From positions 307,286-371,285 of the forward strand of contig NW_018404269.1 of NCBI RefSeq assembly GCF_002113885.1: DNA of 64,000 nucleotides, written 5' to 3'. The notes beneath the pieces are model-generated. The model searched no databases. It saw nothing but the letters and a program-made list of their open reading frames with translations, and was not told the origin of the DNA. The translations under genes and the position numbers were made by a program. Below are positions 42,601-51,103 of the stretch, one piece after another. This DNA is from Mizuhopecten yessoensis. Its lineage: Eukaryota. Position 1 is the stretch's first letter. Every line of letters begins with the position of its first letter.

Positions 42601-45600
42601 TGGCATACTACAGGTTAGTATAACTGGTTCTGTGACATGTAACTGATTCTATGACATGTATAGCTATATAGTTTATACCATCTTTTATCACAGCAGAGAT
42701 TTCATGCTAGCTCAGCTGATTTACAGTGTTGAATGAGCTTCTGTGAGCTCTGTCATCGAATGAGCTTCTGTGAGCTCTGTCATTGAATGAGCTTCTGTGA
42801 GCTCTGTCGTTGAATGAGCTTCTATGAGTTCTATCTGGCGTTGAATGAGCTTCTGTAAATGAGCTTCTGTGAGCTCTGTCTTGTCATCTATCTGACTCTT
42901 TATTTAATTTTTCATACATCTGTTTGTTTTCCATTAGTTTTTCCATTCCTCAACTGTTTGTCAGTCTGTTGAAAACTTATGTCAGGAGAATAACCTCTTA
43001 ACTGATGAAAACATATTAATAAAACTTCATTTATAGGCATACATGTATCTAACCTCTTTATGGGATTGTGCCATGGACCATTTCCAGGCCTCTCACCTCA
43101 AGGAAGACGAATCAAATGCGGTCGAATTTCAAAAAAAAAATCTTGTTTGGAGTATAACTTATCCACACTGTAATGAATTATCATAGATCAGCTATTTGCC
43201 CTAAGTAGATAATGTATTATCGCCAATTTTCTACCCTCAGTCTATATATATATAGTCAAAGTCAACAAATGAAGACCATTAGTGTCATAGCAAAGCTTTA
43301 ATTCTTGTTACAGTTAACTAATGACAAGTATATCATCACTTGGAGATCTATGTATGCCGCATAGATCTGGTGTGAATCCATCAGTAAAGCTTCAAGTTGA
43401 AAACAGCTTCAGGGGTTAGATATTTATCTTGACTAGCATATTATTTCCAATTTGTTGTACCTTTTTAGCTCACCTGGCCCGAAGTGCCTAGTGAGCTTAT
43501 GCCGTGGCGCGGTGTCCGTTGTCCATCCGTCATCCGTCCGTCCGGCGTCAATATTTTAAACGACTTTAAAACAACTTCTTCTTAATAACCAAAAGGCCTA
43601 GGGTGATGATATTTGGCCAGTAGCATGCTGGGGTAAAGGGCTATCAAGTTTGTTCAAATGTATGACCTTAACCTATATTCAAGGTCACAGGGGTCAAATA
43701 TGTGAAAAACATTAAACAACTTCTTCTGAATAACCAAAATGCACAGGGTAATGATATTTAGCCAGTAGCATGCTGAGATGAGGGGCTACAAAGTTTGTTC
43801 AAAGAATGGCCTTAACCTATATTCAAGGTCACAGGGGTCAAATATGTGAAAAACATTAAACAACTTCTTCTGAATAACCAAAATGCACAGGGTGATGATA
43901 TTTAGCCAGTAGCATGCTGAGATGAAGGGCTACAAAGTTTGTTCAAAGAATGACCTTCACCTATATTCAAGGTCACAGGGGTCAAATATGTGAAAAACAT
44001 TAAACAACTTCTTCTAAATAACCAAAATGCACAGGGTGATGATATTTGGCCAGTAGCATGCTGAGATGAAGGGCTACAAAGTTTGTTCAAATGAATGACC
44101 TTCATCTATATTCAAATATGTGAAAAACATTAAACAACTTCTTCTGAATAACCAAAATGCACAGGGTGATGATATTTAGCTAGTAGCATGCTGAGATGAA
44201 GGGCTACAAAGTTTGTTCAAAGAATGACCTTCACCTATATTCAAGGTCACAGGGGTCAAATATGTTAAAAACCTTTAAACAACTTCTCAATAACCAAAAG
44301 GCCTAGGATGATGCTATTTGGCCAGTAGCATGCTGTGATGAAGGGCTACCAAGTTTGTTCGAATGAATGACCTTGACTTATATTCAAGGTCACATGGGTC
44401 AAATATGTTTAAAACCTTTAAACAACTTCTTCTGAATAATTAAGAATAACTTACGATATTTGGCCAATAGCATGCTGTGATAAAGGGCAACCAAGTTTAT
44501 TCAAATGAATGATCTTTACTTATATTCAAGATCACTGGGGTCAAATATGTTTAAAACTTTTATACAACTTCTTCTGAATAACAAAGAGGCCAAGGATAAT
44601 GATATTTGGCCAGTAGCATGCTGGGATAAAGGGCTATCTAGTTTGTTCAAATGAATGACCTTTACTTTTATTCAAGGTCACAGGGGTCAAATATGTTTAA
44701 AACCTTTAAACAACTTCTTCTCAATAACCGAATTCTTAGGATGATGATATTTGGCCAGTAGCATGCTGGGATAAAGGGCAACCAAGTTTATTCAAATGAA
44801 TGATCTTTCCTTATATTCAAGATCACTGGGGTCAAATATGTTTAAAACTTTTATACAACTTCTTCTAAATTAGCCAAAGGCCAAGGGTGATGATATTTGG
44901 TCATTTACAGGCTGGGATGAAGGGCTACCAATTTTGTCAAAATGAATGACATTCCACCCATATTCAAGGTCACAGTGGTCAATACATGTTTAAATCTCTA
45001 AATGACTTGTTCTGTATAACCAATAGGTCCAAGGTAATGATATTTTGCCAAAAGCATGCTGGGTTGGAAGACTTTAAACTCTGTTCAACCTAATGTCCTT
45101 GTTCGCCATTCAAGGTCACAGGCATCATATGTTTAAATCTTTTAATAGGTTCTTATGAATCAAACACTGATATTCTGCTTGTAGCTGTATTTTAGTCCAC
45201 TTTTAAGATTACAAGTGTGAGATTTATACCAGGTGAGCTATTCAGGCCCATTCGGCCTCTTGTTTCTAAACAATAGGCTTCATGAGATGAGTGGGAATTG
45301 TTTCAGCAAAACACTGTGGGTAAAAAGATAAGAAAATTTCAGAATTATGATCTTCAATGAATTGATAGCTGGGTTCTACTGATGGTATTCAAATTTTAAA
45401 GTTCATCTCTGAAACAAATTCATGAAAATCTCATTTATTGTTTTACTGCTGTTAAGAAAAGTTTCTTTCAACAGCCTCAGAATATCAAAATCATTTATAT
45501 CTTGGTTGCTTCATTTGACTTCAGAATACACAATGAGCCAGCACCCCACTATGAGACTGGTACCCTGCGTATGTTCCACCTGGGGAGGACAGATACTATC

Positions 45601-48600
45601 CGGTCATGTTCCGAGGCCTCTCTGGAATTTTGTAAAGCTTTTGTGGACGCCAATACGTCCAAGGAACACAAGGCAGAGTTATTGAGGAAAGCGGTTCAGG
45701 CACACAAAAACTACACCAACGAGGTATGTAATACCAGTATCACACCAGGCACACAAAAACCACACCAGGCACACAAAAACAACACCAATGAGGTATGTAA
45801 TACCAGTATCACATGTACACCAGGCACACAAAAACTACAACAACAAGGTATGTAATATTTGTATCACACCAGGCACACAAAAACTACACCAACGAGGTAC
45901 AGTATGTAATACCAGTATCACACCAGGCACACAAAAACAACACCAATGACAAACCAGGCACACAAAAACTACACCAACGAGGTACAGTATGTAATACCAG
46001 TATCACACCATGCACACAAAAACAACACCAACGAGGTATGTAATACCAGTATCACACCAGGCACACAAAAACTACACCAATGAGGTATGTATATATATAT
46101 AAATACCAGTATCACACCAGGCACACAAAAACTACACCAGGCACACAAAAACTACACCAACGACACACCAGGCACACAAAAACTACACCAGCGAGGTACA
46201 GTATGTAATACCAGTATCACACCAGGCACACAAAAACAACACCAATGAGGTATATAATAACAGCATCACAAAATCAGACCATCATCTTGACTATCAGAGT
46301 TTTCAGTTTCGTTTATAACATTAAAAACAACTCTAGAGCAAGTAGAGTAAAACCCCACTTCCTCAAACTCGATTCACTCAACCTATATTCCTGGAACAAA
46401 AATGTGTCCCCAACTCTTCATGGTGATAGTATTTATCCTATCAGTATCTATTCGTCTAATAGTTGTGACCTGTCATGCCTGACAAATATTTTACCTGTTT
46501 ATCACACCGGCACTGCCGTCAATATGTCTTCAGGCACAGGCTGCGGTCCACGCTCATTGTGCTTGATTAGAGGATTAACGGCAGTATCATAAAGCAACTG
46601 TAAAGTTACCCTGTTGTAGCTGCTTTATCATTTTGTGTGCATTTTTATTTTTCCAGACAACGTTTTAACATCAATTATTTGGTGGAAATATGAATTCACT
46701 GAGTGTGTAAATCCATATTTTGGCATACAATATTAAGCGGAAATCACGTAGCGGATTCTTGACCAACTTTAAAGATATTCAAACTTGAATACGCCGTGAT
46801 TGTTAATTTCGTTATCAAACAAGGATTCAAAATTTTCCTCATTTTAAAATGAATGAAGGGTTCCTTTCGTTTTTACATTTTGTAAAATTAACGTAGCCGA
46901 TAACAGTATGGCAGACTATGTCAAAATGAAAAGTATGCTACACATGCAGCTTTTAAATTTTATTTACTGTCTTAATACCGGTGGCTATATGTTTTCATTG
47001 TTTAGCTGTTTTAAATCTTATTAAATGCAGTCATCTTGATTAAACTTCTTAATCGAATACCATGTATTCCTCGAACTATTGATCTGGACCCTACGAGGTC
47101 GAGTTAGCGGGGTTTTACTGTAAGTAGTAAATGAATAGGTTAATAGGTGCAGATATATAGGTGATGGTTGGTTAATTTTCAGATTTCATAATGATGCGAG
47201 GTTTACTGAGTATCTTTTTAGTTTTACAATTTGAAAATTGACTAACAAGAGTTAAAAATTATAGATACACATGATAATCAGTCATCACAAGTTTGGGAAC
47301 CTTTCTCTCCCGCAACATTTAGGTACAATGTATATAAACATCTAGCAGAGTATATGTTTCTCTTGGGAATAATACATTATTCCTGTTTCCAATCGGGGAA
47401 TATTCCCATGAACTATGACGTCACAGCGGAAAATGACGTCACAAAGCAATGTTACTTGATGTGGTTTTTAGAGGATCGACCAATGAAAGAATGGCCAGGG
47501 TGTTACACATTAGAAGGTAACAAAAAATGGTTACCAACTCCTAGCTGGTTTATCAATTGAGTTATGACTGAGGAAACCTAAAGTGGTTTTTGGAGAAACA
47601 TTTTTAATCTGTAAGAGTTTTGAGCTGTTTTGTATTCATAAAGCATAAACAAGCATATTTACATGTAATGTATTTAGAGTTTGGGTGTTGCAGGTCATAC
47701 AAGGAATGGGTATTGATCGTCACCTCATGGGACTAAAACTGGCAGCAATAAAGAATGGTATGAATGTCCCAGACCTCCATATGGATATGGCTTACACCCT
47801 CAGTACACACTTCAGGATGTCAACTAGCCAGGTACAGTGTACTAACCTTAATTATATCTCTTACTCTGAAAACTAGAATCCCATTTTTATCTCATACAGA
47901 GTTCATGGTCGACTTATGACCTCTTCCTTATATTTGTCAAATAAAGATGTTTCCAAATTTTTGTTCTATTTATGAATAAAAAGCACACTTATTTGCCCTT
48001 AAGGGTCTCCGCACCACTGTCAAAAACTATTACTATGTATTTCCAGCATGACTGTAGCTTTGATAAATTATTTCTGAAACAAAAACCATTCCCTATGGGA
48101 CTTTAATGAGAAATATTAAGATGAAATAGACAAAATGTAATATCCAACTGTATTCTGGGTGTAAAACAGATCAACATTTATATCAATCCAAACAAAAGTT
48201 ATTGGGAGGTTATACTGTATATACCAAAAACCACAGTGTCATGGGACAGGTATCCTTAATATAAGTTACAGGATCTCCTGCCTCATACTTCACCCGATGA
48301 TGTCACATATGTACCCGTTATCTTAAGTTATTTGGTGCTTCTGTCTGAATATATGTCGTTTATAAAGTTGAGTAAATCTTACCCATAGAGGAGAGGTGTT
48401 TGCTTTAAATAAAACATTAATTTCACAAATTGGAATGGTCACATGAGAAGGGAGACAACTTGAGGATCCCTGTCCCATTGCAATGCTGTTTTTGTCTCGC
48501 TGCAACGAAGTAGTGGAAGCGAGACTAAGGTGTTGTTTTTACGGCGATAGCGGTGGCGTTAACATTACGTTTTTGCGTTTAACTTAGTTTCACTGAAAGT

Positions 48601-50134
48601 ATAAGTGCTAAACCAACCAAATTTGGACTATAGATGCATCTTAGGTATTACATCTCAACACATGCATCAAATGCTGGATGCAGCTAATTACCTTTCATGG
48701 TCCATTGACTTTGTCAGCATCTTCATCAACATTAAGATTTTGTGTTTAAGTTAGTTTCTCTGATATGTGCATTGATGGTTTAAGCAGGGCACAGGTGAGA
48801 CATATCAATCTGATTGGCTTGTTCCTATATATATAGTAACCTTCCATTTGGATATAACTAGCACAGCTGGACCTGGACACTTCCATTGTATAGGTAACTC
48901 AGTGGGTTAGACTGATAGTAAAACAATCTGAAGTCCAGGGTTCCAACCTTGGTCTAGCCCAGCTAATTTTTATGGAAAAAATATTTTGCGGTTTGAATAT
49001 TTGTATTTGTTATAATTATGTATGACATCAAATATGATGTGACCTTGATCTGAATGACATTCTTTATGACTATGGATATGAAACAAATCTGTAAGACCAT
49101 CATCAAAACAGACATTTGGTTTTCATAAAGATGTTATTTGAAACAAAATATAAGCATAGTGATTTTAGATATGATGTGATATTAACTGAATATTCCTTTG
49201 AATCAAAAGGTGCCAGCACACTCAGACTCAGTATTGGTGTTTGGTCCGGTTGTCCCTGACGGCTACGGTGTATGTTATAACCCACAGGAATCACAGGTAA
49301 GACATCTCACAGGTAGTGTCATGTTGTGTATATGGATTTATCAGTAGAATATACTAGTTAGGCTTCAAATTGCATCCAATTTGGAATGAATAAAAACGAT
49401 ATGTGATATAAATTGATGAGGCCGGTGATATCACAGGGGTTTATTACAAATGATATATCGATGTCGATCATAGTATGATAAAGATGTGAAATCTTTTTAT
49501 TTCACATTCTGAAAAAGAACACTATTTCACATCTACCACGGAATTAGATTAGATTGCTATCTAAGTCCCTACATCTTATGACTAAAATTCTTTACATTCT
49601 GATGCATGTTTATAAAAAATGAAGTTTTAAGACAAAAAAAAAACTGGTTCTATATCTTTCCTCGATTGGACGTGAAAAGGTATGGGGGTCATGATCACCT
49701 GTCTGACCACATGTGTTTTCTCTGGGTACTCGGTTCCTCCCACACTGCATGCTAACATCCTGGCCAACAAGAGTGATTAATTAATATAAGTTGAAATAAC
49801 TTGTTTCATAATTGTTGTAAAATAAATTAAGTAAATATATATACATTTTTTTTTAACTTTCACTTATAGTGAAATCTTATCAATATAAAAGGTTCTACCA
49901 CTTTTTACGCTTCATGGATGATAAAACCCAAGTGTACTGTAATGTAAAACAACTGAAATCTAGTTAGATCATGTTTGTTGTATAATATCCTTGTATATTT
50001 GTTAGGTACACTTCGGAGTGTCAGCTTTCAACATAACTCCTGAAACAAGCTCGAAGAACTACATCAACATGCTGAGGAAGACACTGCTGGAGATGAGAGA
50101 CCTTTTCCAGGGATCAATGAATTCCAAGCTTTAA
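27642..50134 (+). CDS. CRAT: Carnitine O-acetyltransferase, 15 coding exons, 627 aa, predicted mitochondrial and peroxisomal (SKL)
   Basis: Exons: 27642-27668, 33681-33869, 35117-35197, 35983-36101, 36938-36991, 37643-37811, 38586-38757, 39645-39820, 40156-40256, 42049-42168, 42491-42613, 45525-45723, 47694-47831, 49210-49296, 50006-50134. All GT-AG with phases consistent; 1884 nt. Motifs: [15 protein letters not shown], catalytic YEH(TSAEGPP), [15 protein letters not shown] and IDRHL (carnitine-type, not ChAT VDN), [14 protein letters not shown]; ends ...NSKL*. Confidence 0.95.
28060..28145 (-). mobile_element. tRNA-derived SINE head (family also at 50593-50681 and 51008-51103, plus strand)
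   Basis: Shared tagctcaattggta...ggttc(a/g)a.cccagt.ctgg...tgcatat...tcctgtta. Confidence 0.65.
29008..29182. mobile_element. MITE with 20-bp perfect TIRs
   Basis: ctttaaagtagggttgtcaa ... ttgacaaccctactttaaag. Confidence 0.75.
30123..30260. repeat. Long imperfect hairpin (MITE-like)
   Basis: ggattgaacagcgttttttaa...atgcaaatcggtt ... aaccgatttgcgttcata...aaaaaacactgttcaatcc. Confidence 0.8.
31089..31315 (+). mobile_element. tRNA-derived SINE
   Basis: A-box-like cagtggccaag, B-box gggttcaagacc, V-like core, (AAAC)-rich tail. Confidence 0.7.
31371..31469. mobile_element. piggyBac-like MITE (TTAA|CCC...GGG), copy A
   Basis: ttaacccttacacc ... ggtgaaagggttta; inverted relative to the copy at 32330-32420. 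Confidence 0.7.
32330..32420. mobile_element. piggyBac-like MITE with TTAA flanks, copy B
   Basis: ttaa|ccctttcacc ... ggtgaaaggg|ttaa. Confidence 0.8.
32646..33001 (+). mobile_element. Helentron-associated non-autonomous element (HINE-like)
   Basis: T-rich start, subTIR tgtgtcacctg ... caggtgacaca, short 3' stem, then ttgttt. Confidence 0.65.
33196..33607. mobile_element. TIR element just upstream of CRAT exon 2
   Basis: atcctcgatactctagggg...acactcactt ... aagtgagtgttgcaatccctggagtatcgaggat. Confidence 0.7.
33681..33869 (+). CDS. CRAT: CRAT exon 2 (SRGIVRAVQ...[13 protein letters not shown]...TEQ)
   Basis: tttctgcag| ... CAG|gttggt. Confidence 0.93.
35117..35197 (+). CDS. CRAT: CRAT exon 3 ([14 protein letters not shown]...ENW)
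   Basis: caatag|ATA ... TGG|gtgagt. Confidence 0.9.
35254..35381. other. Assembly gap (Ns) in CRAT intron 3
   Basis: Run of n; exon 3 (NW) joins exon 4 (LSEWW) directly, so no coding exon is hidden. Confidence 0.95.
35983..36101 (+). CDS. CRAT: CRAT exon 4 ([14 protein letters not shown]...)
   Basis: tttcag|CTG ... AG|gtcaga. Confidence 0.93.
36205..36847 (+). mobile_element. HINE-like element with GTCC microsatellite and two ~157-bp internal repeats
   Basis: tttttagcccaccatc..gatggtgggcta hairpin, (CCGT)n, 3' ggtggacg + agatccc..gggatct stem + cttgt. Confidence 0.8.
36938..36991 (+). CDS. CRAT: CRAT exon 5 ([17 protein letters not shown])
   Basis: Long poly-T tract, cccag| ... AA|gtaagt. 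Confidence 0.93.
37337..37563. mobile_element. Possible PIF/Harbinger-like MITE
   Basis: taa|ggctaaaa...tgtttcc ... ggaaacaag...gaggcc|taa. Confidence 0.45.
37643..37811 (+). CDS. CRAT: CRAT exon 6 ([19 protein letters not shown]...HNNQ)
   Basis: ctctag| ... CAG|gtgagt. Confidence 0.93.
38586..38757 (+). CDS. CRAT: CRAT exon 7 ([14 protein letters not shown]...[16 protein letters not shown])
   Basis: ttgcag| ... G|gtaac. Confidence 0.93.
38851..39057. mobile_element. Tc1/mariner-type MITE with TA target-site duplication
   Basis: ta|ctgtgaaatca ... tgatttcacag|ta. Confidence 0.75.
39645..39820 (+). CDS. CRAT: CRAT exon 8 (DKENSASL...LHGGG...NRWFDKTIQ)
   Basis: ccacag| ... CAG|gtaaat. Confidence 0.94.
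40156..40256 (+). CDS. CRAT: CRAT exon 9 (catalytic His, [10 protein letters not shown])
   Basis: ctccag| ... TG|gtaagt. Confidence 0.94.
40748..41680 (+). mobile_element. HINE/DINE-1-like element with five ~145-146-bp internal repeats
   Basis: ttatacccccg...ggggggtata 5' hairpin, short tgtctgga microsatellite, repeat anchors at about 40861, 41006, 41152, 41297, 41443; 3' ggggtatt subTIR. Confidence 0.85.
42049..42168 (+). CDS. CRAT: CRAT exon 10
   Basis: tttcag| ... GT|gtatgt; PTKLTFNL segment. Confidence 0.9.
42491..42613 (+). CDS. CRAT: CRAT exon 11 ([26 protein letters not shown])
   Basis: ctgtag| ... AG|gttagt. Confidence 0.94.
42729..42880 (+). repeat. 27-bp minisatellite (TGAATGAGCTTCTGTGAGCTCTGTCAT)n, about 5 units
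   Basis: Directly visible in CRAT intron 11. Confidence 0.9.
43462..45265 (+). mobile_element. HINE-like element carrying about 11 tandem ~145-bp units
   Basis: tttttagctcacctg...gtgagct 5' end, (GTCC)n, unit anchors acaacttc at about 43571, 43716, 43860, 44004, 44134, 44279, 44422, 44564, 44710, 44855; 3' caggtgagc + aggcc..ggcct stem + cttgttt. Confidence 0.9.
45525..45723 (+). CDS. CRAT: CRAT exon 12 ([19 protein letters not shown]...AHKNYTNE)
   Basis: cttcag| ... GAG|gtatgt (first of several repeated donors). Confidence 0.92.
45697..46252 (+). repeat. ~49-bp tandem repeat derived from the CRAT exon-12/intron-12 junction
   Basis: Unit CAGGCACACAAAAACTACACCAACGAG|GTATGTAATACCAGTATCACAC; the first unit overlaps coding sequence. 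Confidence 0.95.
46344..47121. mobile_element. Tc1/mariner(pogo)-type non-autonomous element
   Basis: agtaaaacccc...aactcga ... tcgagttagcggggttttactg|ta. Confidence 0.6.
47694..47831 (+). CDS. CRAT: CRAT exon 13 ([12 protein letters not shown]...MSTSQ)
   Basis: ttgcag| ... CAG|gtacag. Confidence 0.94.
47999..48260. mobile_element. Kolobok-like non-autonomous element (TTAA flanks)
   Basis: ttaa|gggtctccgcaccac ... gggacaggtatcc|ttaa. Confidence 0.5.
48489..48823 (+). mobile_element. Short HINE-like element
   Basis: tttttgtctcgc...gcgagac hairpin; 3' caggtgagaca + caatc..gattg stem + cttgtt. Confidence 0.65.
49210..49296 (+). CDS. CRAT: CRAT exon 14 ([29 protein letters not shown])
   Basis: Weak acceptor tcaaaag|GTG ... 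CAG|gtaaga. Confidence 0.92.
49672..49830 (+). mobile_element. 5'-truncated V-domain-type SINE (same family as 11926-12141)
   Basis: Shares gtgaaaaggtatggg, ttttctctgggtactcggttcctcccac and ggccaacaagagtgattaat...aacttgtttcataattgttgtaaaataaa. Confidence 0.75.
50006..50134 (+). CDS. CRAT: CRAT exon 15 (VHFGVSAF...FQGSMNSKL*)
   Basis: tttgttag|GTA ... TCC AAG CTT TAA. Confidence 0.93.
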   Translation, partial: VHFGVSAFNITPETSSKNYINMLRKTLLEMRDLFQGSMNSKL

Positions 50135-50592
50135 TGTATACTACCTCTGCCAAGTATATATTTTCATGCTAGATCTTTATTTGTGAAATATTTGGAGTGT
50201 ATTTTCCCACAAAGCCACGTACACCAGTTATGTAAGGATATAAGCGATTATTAAGAGTTACCTCAATCAGCAAGTTTGTACAAGCCTAAATCTAGTGTTA
50301 TTGATTTTTCTTCAGTACTATAGCAATGATAGAAAAATCAATCACTTCCACAATCCTTCCCATTTAAATATCTGGATTGTTATGCCTCTTAATTGATTGA
50401 CACAATAAATGGTCTTTATTTTTAGATTCCAAGATTGATTGATGCACTCATGGGATTCCAGCAAATATAATTCATGCACGTGTTTGGTTGTTAGTCAGAC
50501 TAGATACACATGTATAGATGCAAATGAAGTGAAAACACTCCTTTTTGATATATGAAGCTGAACTGGACAGGGTCAATTGCTGGCAAACACTG

Positions 50593-50681
50593 CTAGCTCA
50601 ATTGGTAGAGTGTCAGTCTAGAGTTTGGAGGGTTTCAGGTTCAATTCCCAGTCTGGCCGTGCATATTTCCTTTCCTGTTAC
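50593..50681 (+). mobile_element. tRNA-derived SINE copy in the CRAT 3' region
   Basis: A box tagctcaattgg, B box ggttcaattcc; no intact cloverleaf. Confidence 0.65.
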
Positions 50682-51007
50682 AGTGGTGCCTGTGACTAAA
50701 TCTTAATTGTTTCAAGAACTCGGTAAATGCTTGATAAGGAGATACTCGAAACTGGGTTGTAAACAGTGTTTCGGGAGGCAAAGACTTAGATAAAGGAGGG
50801 AGGAATGTATATATAGTGGAGCTTGACTGGGCCAATCACNCTTGTCAAGGGGGTAAAATAACCCGGATAGAGGTAAAATAAAACGTATGGGGTAAAATTT
50901 TACTCCTTTCCAGGTTATTTTACTCCTAGACGTTTTATTTTACCCCTAAACATTTTATTTTGCTCAGTTCTGAGTATTTTACTCCTTTTCTAATCACCAG
51001 TGTGACG

Positions 51008-51103
51008 ATCAGATAGCTGAACTGGTACATGCAGAGCATCCTTATAGAGTTCAGAGGGTCCCAGGTTCAAATCCCAGTCTTGCTGTGCATTTTTTATCCT
51101 GTT
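51008..51103 (+). mobile_element. tRNA-derived SINE copy in the CRAT 3' region
   Basis: tagctgaactgg ... ggttcaaatcccagtc ... cctgtta. Confidence 0.6.

Noticed and set aside
41052-44105. Short ORFs 41052-41291, 41343-41528, 43902-44105
   Set aside because: They fall inside HINE internal tandem repeats.
45697-46252. CRISPR-like array (also considered for 6861-7237 and 42729-42880)
   Set aside because: Head-to-tail repeats without unique spacers, eukaryotic context, no cas genes.
27642-50134. Choline acetyltransferase, CROT or CPT identity
   Set aside because: GRTDTIRS and IDRHL are carnitine-type, there is no CPT1 transmembrane N-terminus, the gate residue is bulky rather than Gly, and length and termini match CRAT.
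50593-50681. Genuine tRNA genes here and at 13391-13465, 28060-28145, 48892-48960, 51008-51103
   Set aside because: A/B boxes are present but acceptor and anticodon stems do not pair, and the copies share non-tRNA tails, so they are SINE- or repeat-derived.
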